A stretch of DNA of 64,000 nt, taken from the NCBI RefSeq assembly GCF_049075655.1, contig NZ_CP157522.1:96001-160000 (forward strand), given 5' to 3'. Under the pieces are notes generated by a model that saw nothing but the letters and a program-made list of their open reading frames with translations, searched no databases and was not told where the DNA came from. Below, one piece after another: positions 11,756-22,067 of the stretch. The position numbers and the translations under genes were made by a program. The DNA comes from Methanothermococcus sp. Ax23. Its GTDB lineage: Archaea; AGJL01; Methanococci; Methanococcales; Methanococcaceae. Every line of letters begins with the position of its first letter. The stretch's first letter is position 1.

Positions 11756-11878
11756 AATATACATCTATTTTTCTTTTTTATATTATTTTAAAAGGATATT
11801 TTCTAAAAAAATTTAAAAATAAAAAATTATAAATATACCAAATTTTTATGGTATAATAAATTCACACTTAATTAAGGG

Positions 11879-12904
11879 GTGGTTTATATTAAAAAAACAT
11901 TATTTATGATTATTATTTTCGGATTTTTAATTTCTCCAATTTACGCAGTTTCAGATGTTCAAATATATCCTTCAAATCCAAATATAATGGACACTCTAAC
12001 ATTAACAGGAAAAGCCAGTCCAAACGAAGATATAAACTGTCAGGCATGGTTTGAAGTAAATCCAATAATATCTCCACCGTACTATGGATATCTTATGAAT
12101 AGTGTTGAAATACCCTCATCCCCAAATAATTTTAAAGTTGTTGCTGAAAATGTAAATAAAGTATATGTAAGCGTAAAAATGGGCATATGGGTCACAAAAA
12201 GTGCAAATGCAGATAGCAATGGCGTGGCAACAGTTTCTCAGTCAAATGTTCCTGTGGGAACCTATGACATAAAAATAGGAGGGACAATAAAAGATTCATC
12301 AAAACCTGTGAAATTAAAAATCATTGCATCTACAACCATAAAGGCAGATGAGAATGGGAATTTTGAATATTCCTACAAAGTTATAGATGGCATTCCTAAA
12401 ACTACAATTTTACATTTAAAGATTGAAAACATCACCAAAAATATATCTATCGCAGGTCGTAAATTACATATTTACAAAGGATGGAATGCCATATCGGTTC
12501 CATATAATTCAAATATATCCTATAACAATAACTCCAATATAAAATTAATAATAACTTATTCCAATCAAAAATGGACTTTAAATAGAAATAACAATTTAAA
12601 TGCACTTTATGGATACTTTATATATGCTGAAAACGATACTGAAATGGATGTATATTATGATACCAATAAATCCAACTGTTCAAGAATTATCAATAAAGGA
12701 TACAATTTGATAGGAATTGCCCCAAATGACTATGATTGGAATTTTAGAAATGGAAATATTTTAGCTTATGAATTATTTAAAAATTCTAGTTCGTATTATA
12801 GGATAATATCTACTGAGGGTGAGCTCTACTCAAACAATTCCTACTTGGAACCTTTTAAAGCATATTGGTTATTTACCAGTGAAAATGCCACTATATCGAG
12901 GTGA
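11879..12904 (+). CDS. Secreted surface protein, paralog 1
   Basis: Signal peptide. About 145 aa N-terminal domain nearly identical to the next gene. C-terminal KGWNAISVP / KGYNLIG repeats. Confidence 0.7.
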   Translation: MVYIKKTLFMIIIFGFLISPIYAVSDVQIYPSNPNIMDTLTLTGKASPNEDINCQAWFEVNPIISPPYYGYLMNSVEIPSSPNNFKVVAENVNKVYVSVKMGIWVTKSANADSNGVATVSQSNVPVGTYDIKIGGTIKDSSKPVKLKIIASTTIKADENGNFEYSYKVIDGIPKTTILHLKIENITKNISIAGRKLHIYKGWNAISVPYNSNISYNNNSNIKLIITYSNQKWTLNRNNNLNALYGYFIYAENDTEMDVYYDTNKSNCSRIINKGYNLIGIAPNDYDWNFRNGNILAYELFKNSSSYYRIISTEGELYSNNSYLEPFKAYWLFTSENATISR

Positions 12905-13401
12905 TGATTATTATTAAAAAAATACTATTTTTAATTATTTTAGGATTATTTATTTCATCAGCATATGCAGTTTCAGATATTCAAATATCTCCTTCAAACC
13001 CAAAAGTGGGAGACACTCTAACATTAACAGGAAAAGCCAATCCAAACGAAGATATAAACTGTCAGGCATGGTTTGAAGTAAATCCAATAATATCTCCACC
13101 ATACTATGGATATCTTATGAATAGTGTTGAAATACCCTCATCCCCAAATAATTTTAAAGTTGTTGCTGAAAATGTAAATAAAGTATATGTAAGCGTAAAA
13201 ATGGGCATATGGGTCACAAAAAGTGCAAATGCAGACAGTAATGGCATAGCAATAGTTTCTCAGTCAAATGTTCCTGTGGGAACCTATGACATAAAAATAG
13301 GGGGGACAATAAAAGATTCATCAAAACCTGTGAAATTAAAAATCATTGCATCTACAACTATAAAGGCAGATGAGAATGGATATTTTGAATATTCCTACAA
13401 A
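11945..13401 (+). repeat. About 435 bp near-identical direct repeat (11945-12379 vs 12967-13401)
   Basis: gcagtttcagat...tcctacaaa occurs twice, offset 1022 bp, with scattered mismatches only. Confidence 0.9.
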
Positions 13402-14394
13402 ACAAACAACATTCCAGAAGGAACAACAGTATATTTGAATATTGGTGGCGTAAATAAAGAAATTATAATCGGGGGAGATACACCAGTTCCACCTGCTCCA
13501 CCAGTAGTTAATGATACAACTACTACAAATAATACCGACAACGAACCTCCAAAAATAACAATACTATCTCCATCAAAAAGGGATTATAATATTTCCAATG
13601 TGGATTTCGAAGTAATTGTTGAAGATGAATCAGATTATACAATAAAATTTTATTTGAATGGTAATGGATTGGGTTATAATGAATCAGGCAATCATTACGT
13701 GGGAACTCTCAATTTAAAAGAGGGGGAAAATATATTCAAGATAATTGCAAAGGACCAATATAACAATGAAAACAGTAAAATTATATATCTTAACTATTAC
13801 AAACCAAAGAATCTGGAAAATAAAACTATTGCGGATAACAAAAGTGATAATATTACACCCAGTCAAGATAACATAAATAAAAACATAGGAGACAATATCC
13901 AAAATAATAATTCTAAACCAAATAACAACAACCCAGAACAAGAAAATATAGTATATGGGACAATAATAAAACATGTTGGAAATGCCACCTTAATAATATC
14001 CGATGGAACAAAAATTAGCACAGTTGGAGACATACAGCTAAAAGAAGTAAGTCTTCCAAATATTACACTTGCTTATTATATATCACCAAATAATGCGGAA
14101 TTTAACAAGCCACTAACTCTTGAAATATCATTGGATGTTCCAGAAGGCAAGGAATTAAAAATATTATATTATGATGAGCAGATGAAATCTTGGAAAAGTA
14201 TTCCTTATGTTTATGATAAAAATAACAGCAAAATAACCATTGATGTAACAAAATCAGGATACTATGCCATAAAAGAAAAGGATATATCCGAAAATAAAAA
14301 TAACAACTCCATATTTAGCGAAATAATAATGGTTGTTAAAATTGTTATAGGAGGTCTTATACATCTGATAAAATCCAAATTGGGTATTGCATAA
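12901..14394 (+). CDS. Secreted surface protein, paralog 2, with Ig-like domain and C-terminal membrane anchor
   Basis: Signal peptide, shared N-terminal domain, PVPPAPP linker, DNEPPKITILSP Ig-like domain, hydrophobic C-terminus. Confidence 0.7.
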   Translation: MMIIIKKILFLIILGLFISSAYAVSDIQISPSNPKVGDTLTLTGKANPNEDINCQAWFEVNPIISPPYYGYLMNSVEIPSSPNNFKVVAENVNKVYVSVKMGIWVTKSANADSNGIAIVSQSNVPVGTYDIKIGGTIKDSSKPVKLKIIASTTIKADENGYFEYSYKTNNIPEGTTVYLNIGGVNKEIIIGGDTPVPPAPPVVNDTTTTNNTDNEPPKITILSPSKRDYNISNVDFEVIVEDESDYTIKFYLNGNGLGYNESGNHYVGTLNLKEGENIFKIIAKDQYNNENSKIIYLNYYKPKNLENKTIADNKSDNITPSQDNINKNIGDNIQNNNSKPNNNNPEQENIVYGTIIKHVGNATLIISDGTKISTVGDIQLKEVSLPNITLAYYISPNNAEFNKPLTLEISLDVPEGKELKILYYDEQMKSWKSIPYVYDKNNSKITIDVTKSGYYAIKEKDISENKNNNSIFSEIIMVVKIVIGGLIHLIKSKLGIA

Positions 14395-14603
14395 TACATA
14401 AATCCTGTCTAAAATTAAACAATAAAGCCAAAACTAAAAGAAAAAATCATTAAGGAAGAGGTGTCAATAATTTAGAAGGATATTAAATGAGAGGAGCTCC
14501 TCCTTATATATAATATATGGCGGAGCTCTGATAATGAAATTTATAAAATTAATCTTTTAACCATGATGGTGGTTAAGGCTAAGTTTAGAAAATAGGTGAT
14601 TTC

Positions 14604-15659
14604 ATGGAATTTTTTAATAGAAAAAAGGAATTAGAAGATTTAAAAAAACTACTGTTGTTTGAACCTAATTTGATATATTTTATATATGGCCCTATAAATA
14701 GTGGCAAAACCACTTTAATAAATGAAGTAATTAAAAATTTAGATGAGGAATATGTTGCTTTTTATATAGATTTAAGAGCTCACTTTATATCAAAATATGA
14801 TGAGTTCGTGAGGGTTTTATTTGATGTTTCATCTTATGACAGTAGGAATATTAAAAAATACTTTAAAGATTTGTTAATTGATATGCCACACAGTTTGGGG
14901 GGTATTCCAATACCTAAAACACTATTAAATGAAATATTGGATGAGAATAAATCAGAGGATGTATTTAATTATATACTAAATGTTTTTGAGAATTTAAAAA
15001 ATAATGGGAAAAAGCCAATATTGATAATCGATGAATTGCAGGTAATAGAAGATTTAAAAATAAATGGATATTTGATTTATAAGTTGTTTAATTTCTTTAT
15101 AAGTTTAACTAAACAAAGGCATCTTAGCCATGTGGTTGTTTTAACCTCCGACAGCTTGTTTATAAATAAAGTATATAATGAGGCAATGTTGCAAGACAGA
15201 TGCAAATACTACTTAGTGGATGATTTTGATTATAAAACTACGAGAGAGTTCCTAATAAAAAATAATTTTGGCTCAGAGGAAATAGAAACTGTATGGAATT
15301 ATTTTGGTGGAAAACCTATAAAATTAATAGATGTAATTCAGGAAAAATTACTTGGCAATGATGTTGAAGAATACTGTAAAAGTTCGTTAATATTCAGAGC
15401 TCGGCAGATAAAAGATGAATTGTATAAATTGAAAAGAGAGGACGAAAACTTATTTAAAAATGTTTTAGGTTTATTTGAGAGATATAAGCATGTTGATAGT
15501 TTTATCTATGAAGAATTAACAGATGATGTAATTTGGGCAGTTAAAAAGAATATATTATTCGTCAATATTAAAACTGGGGAGTTAAAACCACAGGGGAAGT
15601 TGGAGTTGTTGGCAATTAATGAAGTGTTGAAGGATTTTGTAGTGTCGGAGCTCCGATAA
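14604..15659 (+). CDS. Archaeal ATPase (MJ-type multicopy P-loop ATPase family)
   Basis: FFNRKKEL, Walker A GPINSGKT, Walker B IIDELQ, GGKP. Confidence 0.85.
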   Translation: MEFFNRKKELEDLKKLLLFEPNLIYFIYGPINSGKTTLINEVIKNLDEEYVAFYIDLRAHFISKYDEFVRVLFDVSSYDSRNIKKYFKDLLIDMPHSLGGIPIPKTLLNEILDENKSEDVFNYILNVFENLKNNGKKPILIIDELQVIEDLKINGYLIYKLFNFFISLTKQRHLSHVVVLTSDSLFINKVYNEAMLQDRCKYYLVDDFDYKTTREFLIKNNFGSEEIETVWNYFGGKPIKLIDVIQEKLLGNDVEEYCKSSLIFRARQIKDELYKLKREDENLFKNVLGLFERYKHVDSFIYEELTDDVIWAVKKNILFVNIKTGELKPQGKLELLAINEVLKDFVVSELR

Positions 15660-15863
15660 TACTATATCTCCGATAATAATATATATCTTCGAGCTCATAT
15701 TATTAAGATATATATTAAAAATTATGGTTTATATTAGATTACATCATTATGAAAAAATATTTATGTTAAAATAAGACAATAACCGAAAAAACTATAAAAG
15801 TAAGAAGAAAACATAATATTACATACATAAGTAATTACATAAATATTAAATGAAGGGGTATTT

Positions 15864-16781
15864 ATGAGAGCTCTTATAACAGGCGGTGCAGGATTTATTG
15901 GTTCTAATATTGCGTTGGAATTGCAGGACAAAGGATATGAAACAATTGTTTTAGACGATTTTTCAAGTGGTAATTTTAAAAATCTCCTTGGTTATGGAGG
16001 GGATGTTGTTTCTGAGAGTATTTTGGATGTTGATTTAAATAAATTTAAAGATGTTGATGCTATTTTTCATGAAGCTGCCATAACAGATACAACAGTTAGT
16101 GACCAGAAGTTAATGATGCAAATAAACACAGAAGGATTCAGAAGACTTTTAGATTTTGCTGTTGAAAATGATATAAAGTTTATTTATGCATCTTCTGCGG
16201 CAACTTATGGTGATGCTGAATCTCCACAAAAAGAAGAATATGCTGGAAGACCTAACAATGTGTATGGTTTTTCAAAATGGATTTGCGATTGCATAGCTAA
16301 AAAATACATGGAGAAGTATCCTGATAGTCACATTGTTGGTTTAAGATATTTTAATGTTTTTGGACCAAGGGAGCAGTATAAGGGAAAAATGGCTTCAATG
16401 GTTTGGCAGTTGGCAAAACAGATGGTTGATGGAAAAAATCCAAGAATCTTCAAATGGGGAGAGCAGAAGAGAGACCAAGTTTATGTTAAAAATATTGTTC
16501 AAATAAATTTGATGGCATTGGATGCTAAGGAAAGCTGTATTGTAAATGCAGGTAGTGGTAAGGCAGTTTCATTTAATCATATTATCGAAGTTTTAAATGA
16601 TGTTTTAGGCTTTGACTATGAACCTGAATATTTTGACAATCCTTATGAAGAGTTTTATCAAGATTTTACACAGGCAGATTTAACCAATGCTAAGAAATAT
16701 TTGGGATACGAACCCAAATGGACTTTTGAAGATGCTGTTAAAGATTATGTTGAATGGTTGAAAGAGAATAAATATATTTAA
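15864..16781 (+). CDS. gmhD: ADP-L-glycero-D-manno-heptose 6-epimerase-like NAD-dependent epimerase
   Basis: TGGAGFIGSN, YASSAATYG, PNNVYGFSK, GLRYFNVFGPREQYKGKMAS, YQDFTQAD match HldD/RfaD. Confidence 0.85.
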   Translation: MRALITGGAGFIGSNIALELQDKGYETIVLDDFSSGNFKNLLGYGGDVVSESILDVDLNKFKDVDAIFHEAAITDTTVSDQKLMMQINTEGFRRLLDFAVENDIKFIYASSAATYGDAESPQKEEYAGRPNNVYGFSKWICDCIAKKYMEKYPDSHIVGLRYFNVFGPREQYKGKMASMVWQLAKQMVDGKNPRIFKWGEQKRDQVYVKNIVQINLMALDAKESCIVNAGSGKAVSFNHIIEVLNDVLGFDYEPEYFDNPYEEFYQDFTQADLTNAKKYLGYEPKWTFEDAVKDYVEWLKENKYI

Positions 16782-16803
16782 CTATATTGGAGGAGGGTAT
16801 AAA

Positions 16804-17826
16804 ATGAAAAAAGCAATTATAACTGGAATAACAGGACAAGATGGATATTATTTAACAAAATTACTTTTGGAAAAAGGATACGAAGTTCATGGAATCGTAA
16901 GAAGAAACAGTCAAAACTCCTTAGGAAACTTGGAGCATTTATCACAGGAAGAAAAAGAACAGATAAATATCCACTGGGGGGATATTACAGATAATTTATT
17001 CATGGATAACGTTGTTAAAGCAGTACAGCCTGATGAAGTTTATCACTTAGCGGCACAGAGTTTTGTTGGATTCTCTTTTGAGAACCCGAGATTTACCTAC
17101 GATGTAAATATTGGGGGAACTTTGAATGTAGCTAATGCGGTAAAGGAATACGCACCATCTTCAAAACTCTATTTTGCTGCAACGTCTGAATTGTATGGAA
17201 AGGTTCAGGAAATTCCACAGAAAGAGACCACCCCATTTTATCCAAGAAGTCCTTATGGGGTTTCCAAATTAGCAGGATTTTGGACAATTAAAAATTATAG
17301 AGAGAGTTATGACTTATTTATGAGCAATGGAATTCTGTTCAATCACGAATCACCTATGCGTGGACCAGAATTCGTAACAAGAAAAATAACAATGGCGGTT
17401 GCTAGAATATATCGTGGATTACAGGATTTTGTTGAGTTGGGGAATTTAAGTGCTAAAAGGGATTGGGGTTATGCTGGAGATTACGTTTATGGTATGTGGA
17501 AAATATTGCAGCATGATAAACCAGATGACTTTGTTTTGGCAACAAACGAAACCCACACAGTTAGGGAATTTGTTGAAAATGCATTTAAGGTTGTAGGAAT
17601 CGACATAGAATGGGAAGGCGAAGGAGTTAATGAAGTTGGTAAAGATGCCAATACTGGAAAGGTTTTGGTAAAAGTCAATCCAGAGTTTTTCAGACCTGCG
17701 GAAGTTGATATATTAATTGGTGACTATTCAAAAGCTAAGAAGGAGCTCGGATGGGAACCGAAGGTTAAATTTAAAGAATTAGTTAAGATGATGGTTGAAA
17801 AGGATTTGGAAAGGATTGGAAATTAA
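16804..17826 (+). CDS. gmd: GDP-mannose 4,6-dehydratase
   Basis: TGITGQDG, LAAQSFV, YPRSPYGVSK, NHESP, FVTRKIT, RDWGYA. Confidence 0.95.
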   Translation: MKKAIITGITGQDGYYLTKLLLEKGYEVHGIVRRNSQNSLGNLEHLSQEEKEQINIHWGDITDNLFMDNVVKAVQPDEVYHLAAQSFVGFSFENPRFTYDVNIGGTLNVANAVKEYAPSSKLYFAATSELYGKVQEIPQKETTPFYPRSPYGVSKLAGFWTIKNYRESYDLFMSNGILFNHESPMRGPEFVTRKITMAVARIYRGLQDFVELGNLSAKRDWGYAGDYVYGMWKILQHDKPDDFVLATNETHTVREFVENAFKVVGIDIEWEGEGVNEVGKDANTGKVLVKVNPEFFRPAEVDILIGDYSKAKKELGWEPKVKFKELVKMMVEKDLERIGN

Positions 17827-17915
17827 GATTTTAATGTTCCTTTTACTGAGCTCAGATTTAAGATGAATTATGTGAGCTGTTTATTTTTTAATTTTTTAAT
17901 TTAAAGGATGATACC

Positions 17916-18605
17916 ATGGATAAAAAACTTTTAGCATTGATACCAGCGTACAACGAAGAGAAATCCATTAAAAAAGTAATTGAGAACATTAAAGATACTG
18001 TTGATGGAATTTTAGTTGTTGATGATGGTAGTGAAGATAACACCACGAAGTATGCAAAAGAATGTGGTGTTGAAGTAATCACATTTAGAGAAAATAGAGG
18101 TAAGGGGGTTGCAATTAGAGAAGGTTATAAATATTTTATAAATTCCCCCTATGACATATGCTTTATTTTTGATGCCGATGGGCAATATAGGAAAGACGAT
18201 ATTATGCCAGTTTGCTTCCCTATTATAAATGATGAGGCAGATATCGTTGTAGGTTCAAGATTCTTAGGAGAATATACCGAAGGAGCGAATATTAATTACA
18301 AAATTAGAATCGCATGTAATAATATATCCACAACAGTAACGAGGATTATGTCGGGAGTTCCAACAACCGATTCACAAAGTGGTTTAGTTGCAGTTAATAA
18401 ATATGCTGCTAAACAGCTTGATTTAAATGCTAATAGATGGGGGATTCATCAGGAAATCATAATAAGGGCAGGTAAAAAAGGTTTGAGATACAAAGAAGTC
18501 CCAATCATTTTTGAAAAAAGAATGCACGGAGTTTCTCGTTTAAAGGTCTTGAAATATCCTTTCACAGCATTTCCTGTTATGTTAAAGGCTTGGATGAGGA
18601 AATAA
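17916..18605 (+). CDS. GT2 glycosyltransferase (DPM1-like)
   Basis: IPAYNEE, VVDDGS, DADGQ, GSRF, TDSQSG. Confidence 0.88.
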   Translation: MDKKLLALIPAYNEEKSIKKVIENIKDTVDGILVVDDGSEDNTTKYAKECGVEVITFRENRGKGVAIREGYKYFINSPYDICFIFDADGQYRKDDIMPVCFPIINDEADIVVGSRFLGEYTEGANINYKIRIACNNISTTVTRIMSGVPTTDSQSGLVAVNKYAAKQLDLNANRWGIHQEIIIRAGKKGLRYKEVPIIFEKRMHGVSRLKVLKYPFTAFPVMLKAWMRK

Positions 18606-18658
18606 ATTTTGAGCAATTTACACATTAAAAACAAGATATTGGTTAATAGGGGAATATT

Positions 18659-19783
18659 ATGAAAATTGGAATTATAACAGATAGGTTAAACAGACCTTTA
18701 ACTGGTGTTGGGAACTATGTATATCACTTAACAAAAGAACTTTTAAAAATTGATAAAGATAAAATTTACTTAATAAATTACAATACTTTTGGAGATCCAC
18801 ATGTGGATAATAAAATAATGATTATAAAAAATTATTTTAGAAGTTTTCCAAAACCGTATTATTTTTGGAACTGGTATTTAAATTACAAATTGAACATAAC
18901 CAATATTGGACTTGATGTAATTCATAGTCCAGAAAGTAGCACGATTTATATGAAACTCAGATTTCAAAAGAAAATTATAACCGTTTATGACATTAGGCAG
19001 TATTTATATCCCGATATCTCAAACACAATGAACAAGTACGGATATAAGATATTTTTTCCAAAAACTCTAAAATCCGCCGATAAAATAATATCAATATCTC
19101 AACATACAAAAAATGATTTAATAAACCATTTTAAAATTCCAGAAGATAAAATAAAAGTAATACACTTGGCAGCAAATGAAAACTACAAACCATTAAGAGA
19201 AAATGAGATAAACGAAATAAAACAAAAATACAATCTAATTTATCCATTTATATTATATGTTGGAACATTAGAACAACACAAAAATATTCCAACATTATTA
19301 AAAGCACTTTACAAACTTAAAAAAATGGGGACGAAACATAAATTAGTAATCACTGGTAAAAAAGGATGGAAATACAAATCCATCTTTGAAACCATAGAAA
19401 AACTAAACCTACAAAAGGATGTAATATTCACTGGCTATGTTCCAGATGAAGATTTACCTGCTTTATATAACGCTGCTGATTTATTCGTTTATCCTTCTAT
19501 TTATGAAGGATTTGGATTGCCACCATTAGAGGCAATGGCATGTGGAACGCCAGTTGTAACTTCAAACACTTCCTCTCTACCCGAAGTGGTTGGAGATGCT
19601 GGAATAATGGTTAATCCTTATGATGTTAACGAGTTAGCTAAGGCAATGTATGAAGTTTTAACTAACAATGGATTAAGAGAAGAGCTATCTAAGAAAGGTT
19701 TAGAAAGAGCCAAACTATTCAGCTGGAAAAAATGTGCAGAAGAACATTTAAAAGTTTATGAAGAAGTTTATAATGTGAAATGA
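18659..19783 (+). CDS. GT4 glycosyltransferase, paralog 1
   Basis: [18 protein letters not shown] motif. Confidence 0.9.
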   Translation: MKIGIITDRLNRPLTGVGNYVYHLTKELLKIDKDKIYLINYNTFGDPHVDNKIMIIKNYFRSFPKPYYFWNWYLNYKLNITNIGLDVIHSPESSTIYMKLRFQKKIITVYDIRQYLYPDISNTMNKYGYKIFFPKTLKSADKIISISQHTKNDLINHFKIPEDKIKVIHLAANENYKPLRENEINEIKQKYNLIYPFILYVGTLEQHKNIPTLLKALYKLKKMGTKHKLVITGKKGWKYKSIFETIEKLNLQKDVIFTGYVPDEDLPALYNAADLFVYPSIYEGFGLPPLEAMACGTPVVTSNTSSLPEVVGDAGIMVNPYDVNELAKAMYEVLTNNGLREELSKKGLERAKLFSWKKCAEEHLKVYEEVYNVK

Positions 19784-20900
19784 GGGGAAGAATGAAGATT
19801 GGAATTATTTCAGAAAAATTAAATCCTCCAAGAACAGGCGTTGGAAATTATTTATACAATACATTGAAGGCTACTGCTAAATTACAAAATAAGAATTATT
19901 GTCTAATTAACTATCAACATAATAATTTAATTCCAAGTGCGAATCTGATAGTTGTAAAAAAACCATTTAATAATAGATACTTATGGTATCAAATTTTGCC
20001 CATAAATAACAGTTTAGAAAATTTAGATATAATTCACAACCCTTTTCAAATTCCAACAATTCTTAATTTTAAACAAAAATATATAATGTCTGTTTTAGAT
20101 TTAATACAAATATTATTTCCAAAAGAAATTGAAAAAAGTGTTTATTTGTTTCAAAAAATTATACTTTCGAAATCCATAAAATCCGCCGATAAAATAATCT
20201 CAATTTCACACCATACAAAACAAGATATAATAAAATACTTTAAAATTCCAGAAGATAAAATAAAAGTAATTCACTTAGCAGCAAATGAAAACTACAAACC
20301 ATTGAGAGAAAATGAGATAAATGACATAAAACAAAAGTATAACTTAAACTATCCCTTTATATTATATGTCGGAACCTTGGAACCAAGAAAAAACATTCCA
20401 ACTCTATTAAAAGCACTTTACAAACTTAAAAAAATGGGGACGAAACATAAATTAGTAATCACTGGTAAAAAAGGATGGAAATACAAATCCATCTTTGAAA
20501 CCATAGAAAAACTAAACCTACAAAAGGATGTAATATTCACTGGCTATGTTCCAGATGAAGATTTACCTGCTTTATACAACGCTGCTGATTTATTCGTTTA
20601 TCCTTCTATTTATGAAGGATTTGGATTGCCACCATTAGAGGCAATGGCATGTGGAACGCCAGTTGTAACTTCAAACACTTCCTCTCTACCCGAAGTGGTT
20701 GGAGATGCTGGAATAATGGTTAATCCTTATGATGTTAACGAGTTAGCTAAGGCAATGTATGAAGTTTTAACTAACGATGGATTAAGAGAAGAGCTATCTA
20801 AGAAAGGTTTAGAAAGAGCCAAACTATTCAGCTGGAAAAAATGTGCAGAAGAACATTTAAAAGTTTATGAAGAAGTTTATAATGTGAAATGAGGGGAAGA
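19070..20900 (+). repeat. About 720 bp direct repeat between the GT4 3' halves (19070-19791 vs 20179-20900)
   Basis: Offset 1109 bp. The last ~490 bp are identical apart from about 2 substitutions seen, and include the stop codon and downstream RBS (aatgtgaaatgaggggaaga). Confidence 0.92.
19792..20892 (+). CDS. GT4 glycosyltransferase, paralog 2
   Basis: Same GT4 C-terminal motifs. ATG at 19792 follows GAGGGG. Confidence 0.9.
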   Translation: MKIGIISEKLNPPRTGVGNYLYNTLKATAKLQNKNYCLINYQHNNLIPSANLIVVKKPFNNRYLWYQILPINNSLENLDIIHNPFQIPTILNFKQKYIMSVLDLIQILFPKEIEKSVYLFQKIILSKSIKSADKIISISHHTKQDIIKYFKIPEDKIKVIHLAANENYKPLRENEINDIKQKYNLNYPFILYVGTLEPRKNIPTLLKALYKLKKMGTKHKLVITGKKGWKYKSIFETIEKLNLQKDVIFTGYVPDEDLPALYNAADLFVYPSIYEGFGLPPLEAMACGTPVVTSNTSSLPEVVGDAGIMVNPYDVNELAKAMYEVLTNDGLREELSKKGLERAKLFSWKKCAEEHLKVYEEVYNVK

Positions 20901-20902
20901 GG

Positions 20903-22057
20903 ATGAAAAATAAAAAACTTATTCTTAAATTTATTAAACATATCTTTGATATATTATTTTTTTGGAAGAAATTTAAAAAATTTAAAAAGGAAAAAGTGAA
21001 AAAAATATTAGTAATTTCTGAATATTTGGGTGATGTTGTAGTTACATCTTCTTTTCTAAAAAATTTGAGATATAATTTTCCAGAAGTAGAGATTACACTC
21101 CAATGTAGAAAAGAAGCAAAAGATGTTGCTGAATGTATTCCATTTGTTGATAAAATAATTGTAGTGAATTTTCCATTTGGTTTGAAATTTAGAGAAAGTG
21201 ACGGATATTTGGCGATACTAAAGTATATAATAAGAAATCTTAATAAATATGATGTAGTGTTTAGTTTAAGTGGAACTATTTACAATCCAATTTTAATTTT
21301 TTGTGGGCGTTATTTAGTTGGATCTGAAGGAAAATTCTCTTTTTCATTCGATTTTTTATTGGATAAAAAAGTAAAAAGAGATAAGAATAAACATGTAGTT
21401 GAGAGATATTTAGATTTACTAAAAGCTTTAAATCTAAAAATATATGATAAAAGATTAGAACTAAAAATAGATGAACAATATTACAAATCATTAAAGAATA
21501 AACTGAATTTTATAGATTTTGATAAAGATTTTGTTATAGTATGTCATCCTCGTGGAGGTCATGTTTATAAAGACTGGCCTTTTGAATACTGGAATAAATT
21601 AAATAATAAAATTCTCAAGGATTTTCCAGATGTTAAAATATTGTATGGTGGTTCTAAAAACGAATATAACGATTTAAATAAAAACATTAAGTTCGATAAC
21701 AAAAATATTTATAACATTGCTGGTGAATTATCATTAAAAGAATACTTCGCATTAATTGATTTATGTGATTTATTAATAAGCGTAGATACATCAGCAGTTC
21801 ATGCACGAGCAGCATTTAATAAATATTTAATTGGATTATATTCTGGAAACAACGCCAACGAATGGGATCCCTACACAGATAAAAAAACTGTATTTAAAGA
21901 TGTAAGTTGCGATAAATACCCTTGCTATCTATTACAAGCACAACTAATGGGATTAAAACCATGTCCTTATGGTTATCCCGCACCATGCATGAAAAATATA
22001 AAACCTGATGAAATTTATAAAAAGGTTAAGGAATATATTTTAAGAAATAAAAAATAA
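20903..22057 (+). CDS. GT9 (heptosyltransferase-family) glycosyltransferase
   Basis: LGDVV, HVVERY, KDWP, LAG-like IAGELSL, ISVDTSAVH, C-terminal CxxC..CM. Confidence 0.82.
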   Translation: MKNKKLILKFIKHIFDILFFWKKFKKFKKEKVKKILVISEYLGDVVVTSSFLKNLRYNFPEVEITLQCRKEAKDVAECIPFVDKIIVVNFPFGLKFRESDGYLAILKYIIRNLNKYDVVFSLSGTIYNPILIFCGRYLVGSEGKFSFSFDFLLDKKVKRDKNKHVVERYLDLLKALNLKIYDKRLELKIDEQYYKSLKNKLNFIDFDKDFVIVCHPRGGHVYKDWPFEYWNKLNNKILKDFPDVKILYGGSKNEYNDLNKNIKFDNKNIYNIAGELSLKEYFALIDLCDLLISVDTSAVHARAAFNKYLIGLYSGNNANEWDPYTDKKTVFKDVSCDKYPCYLLQAQLMGLKPCPYGYPAPCMKNIKPDEIYKKVKEYILRNKK

Positions 22058-22067
22058 TTGTGAGAAT

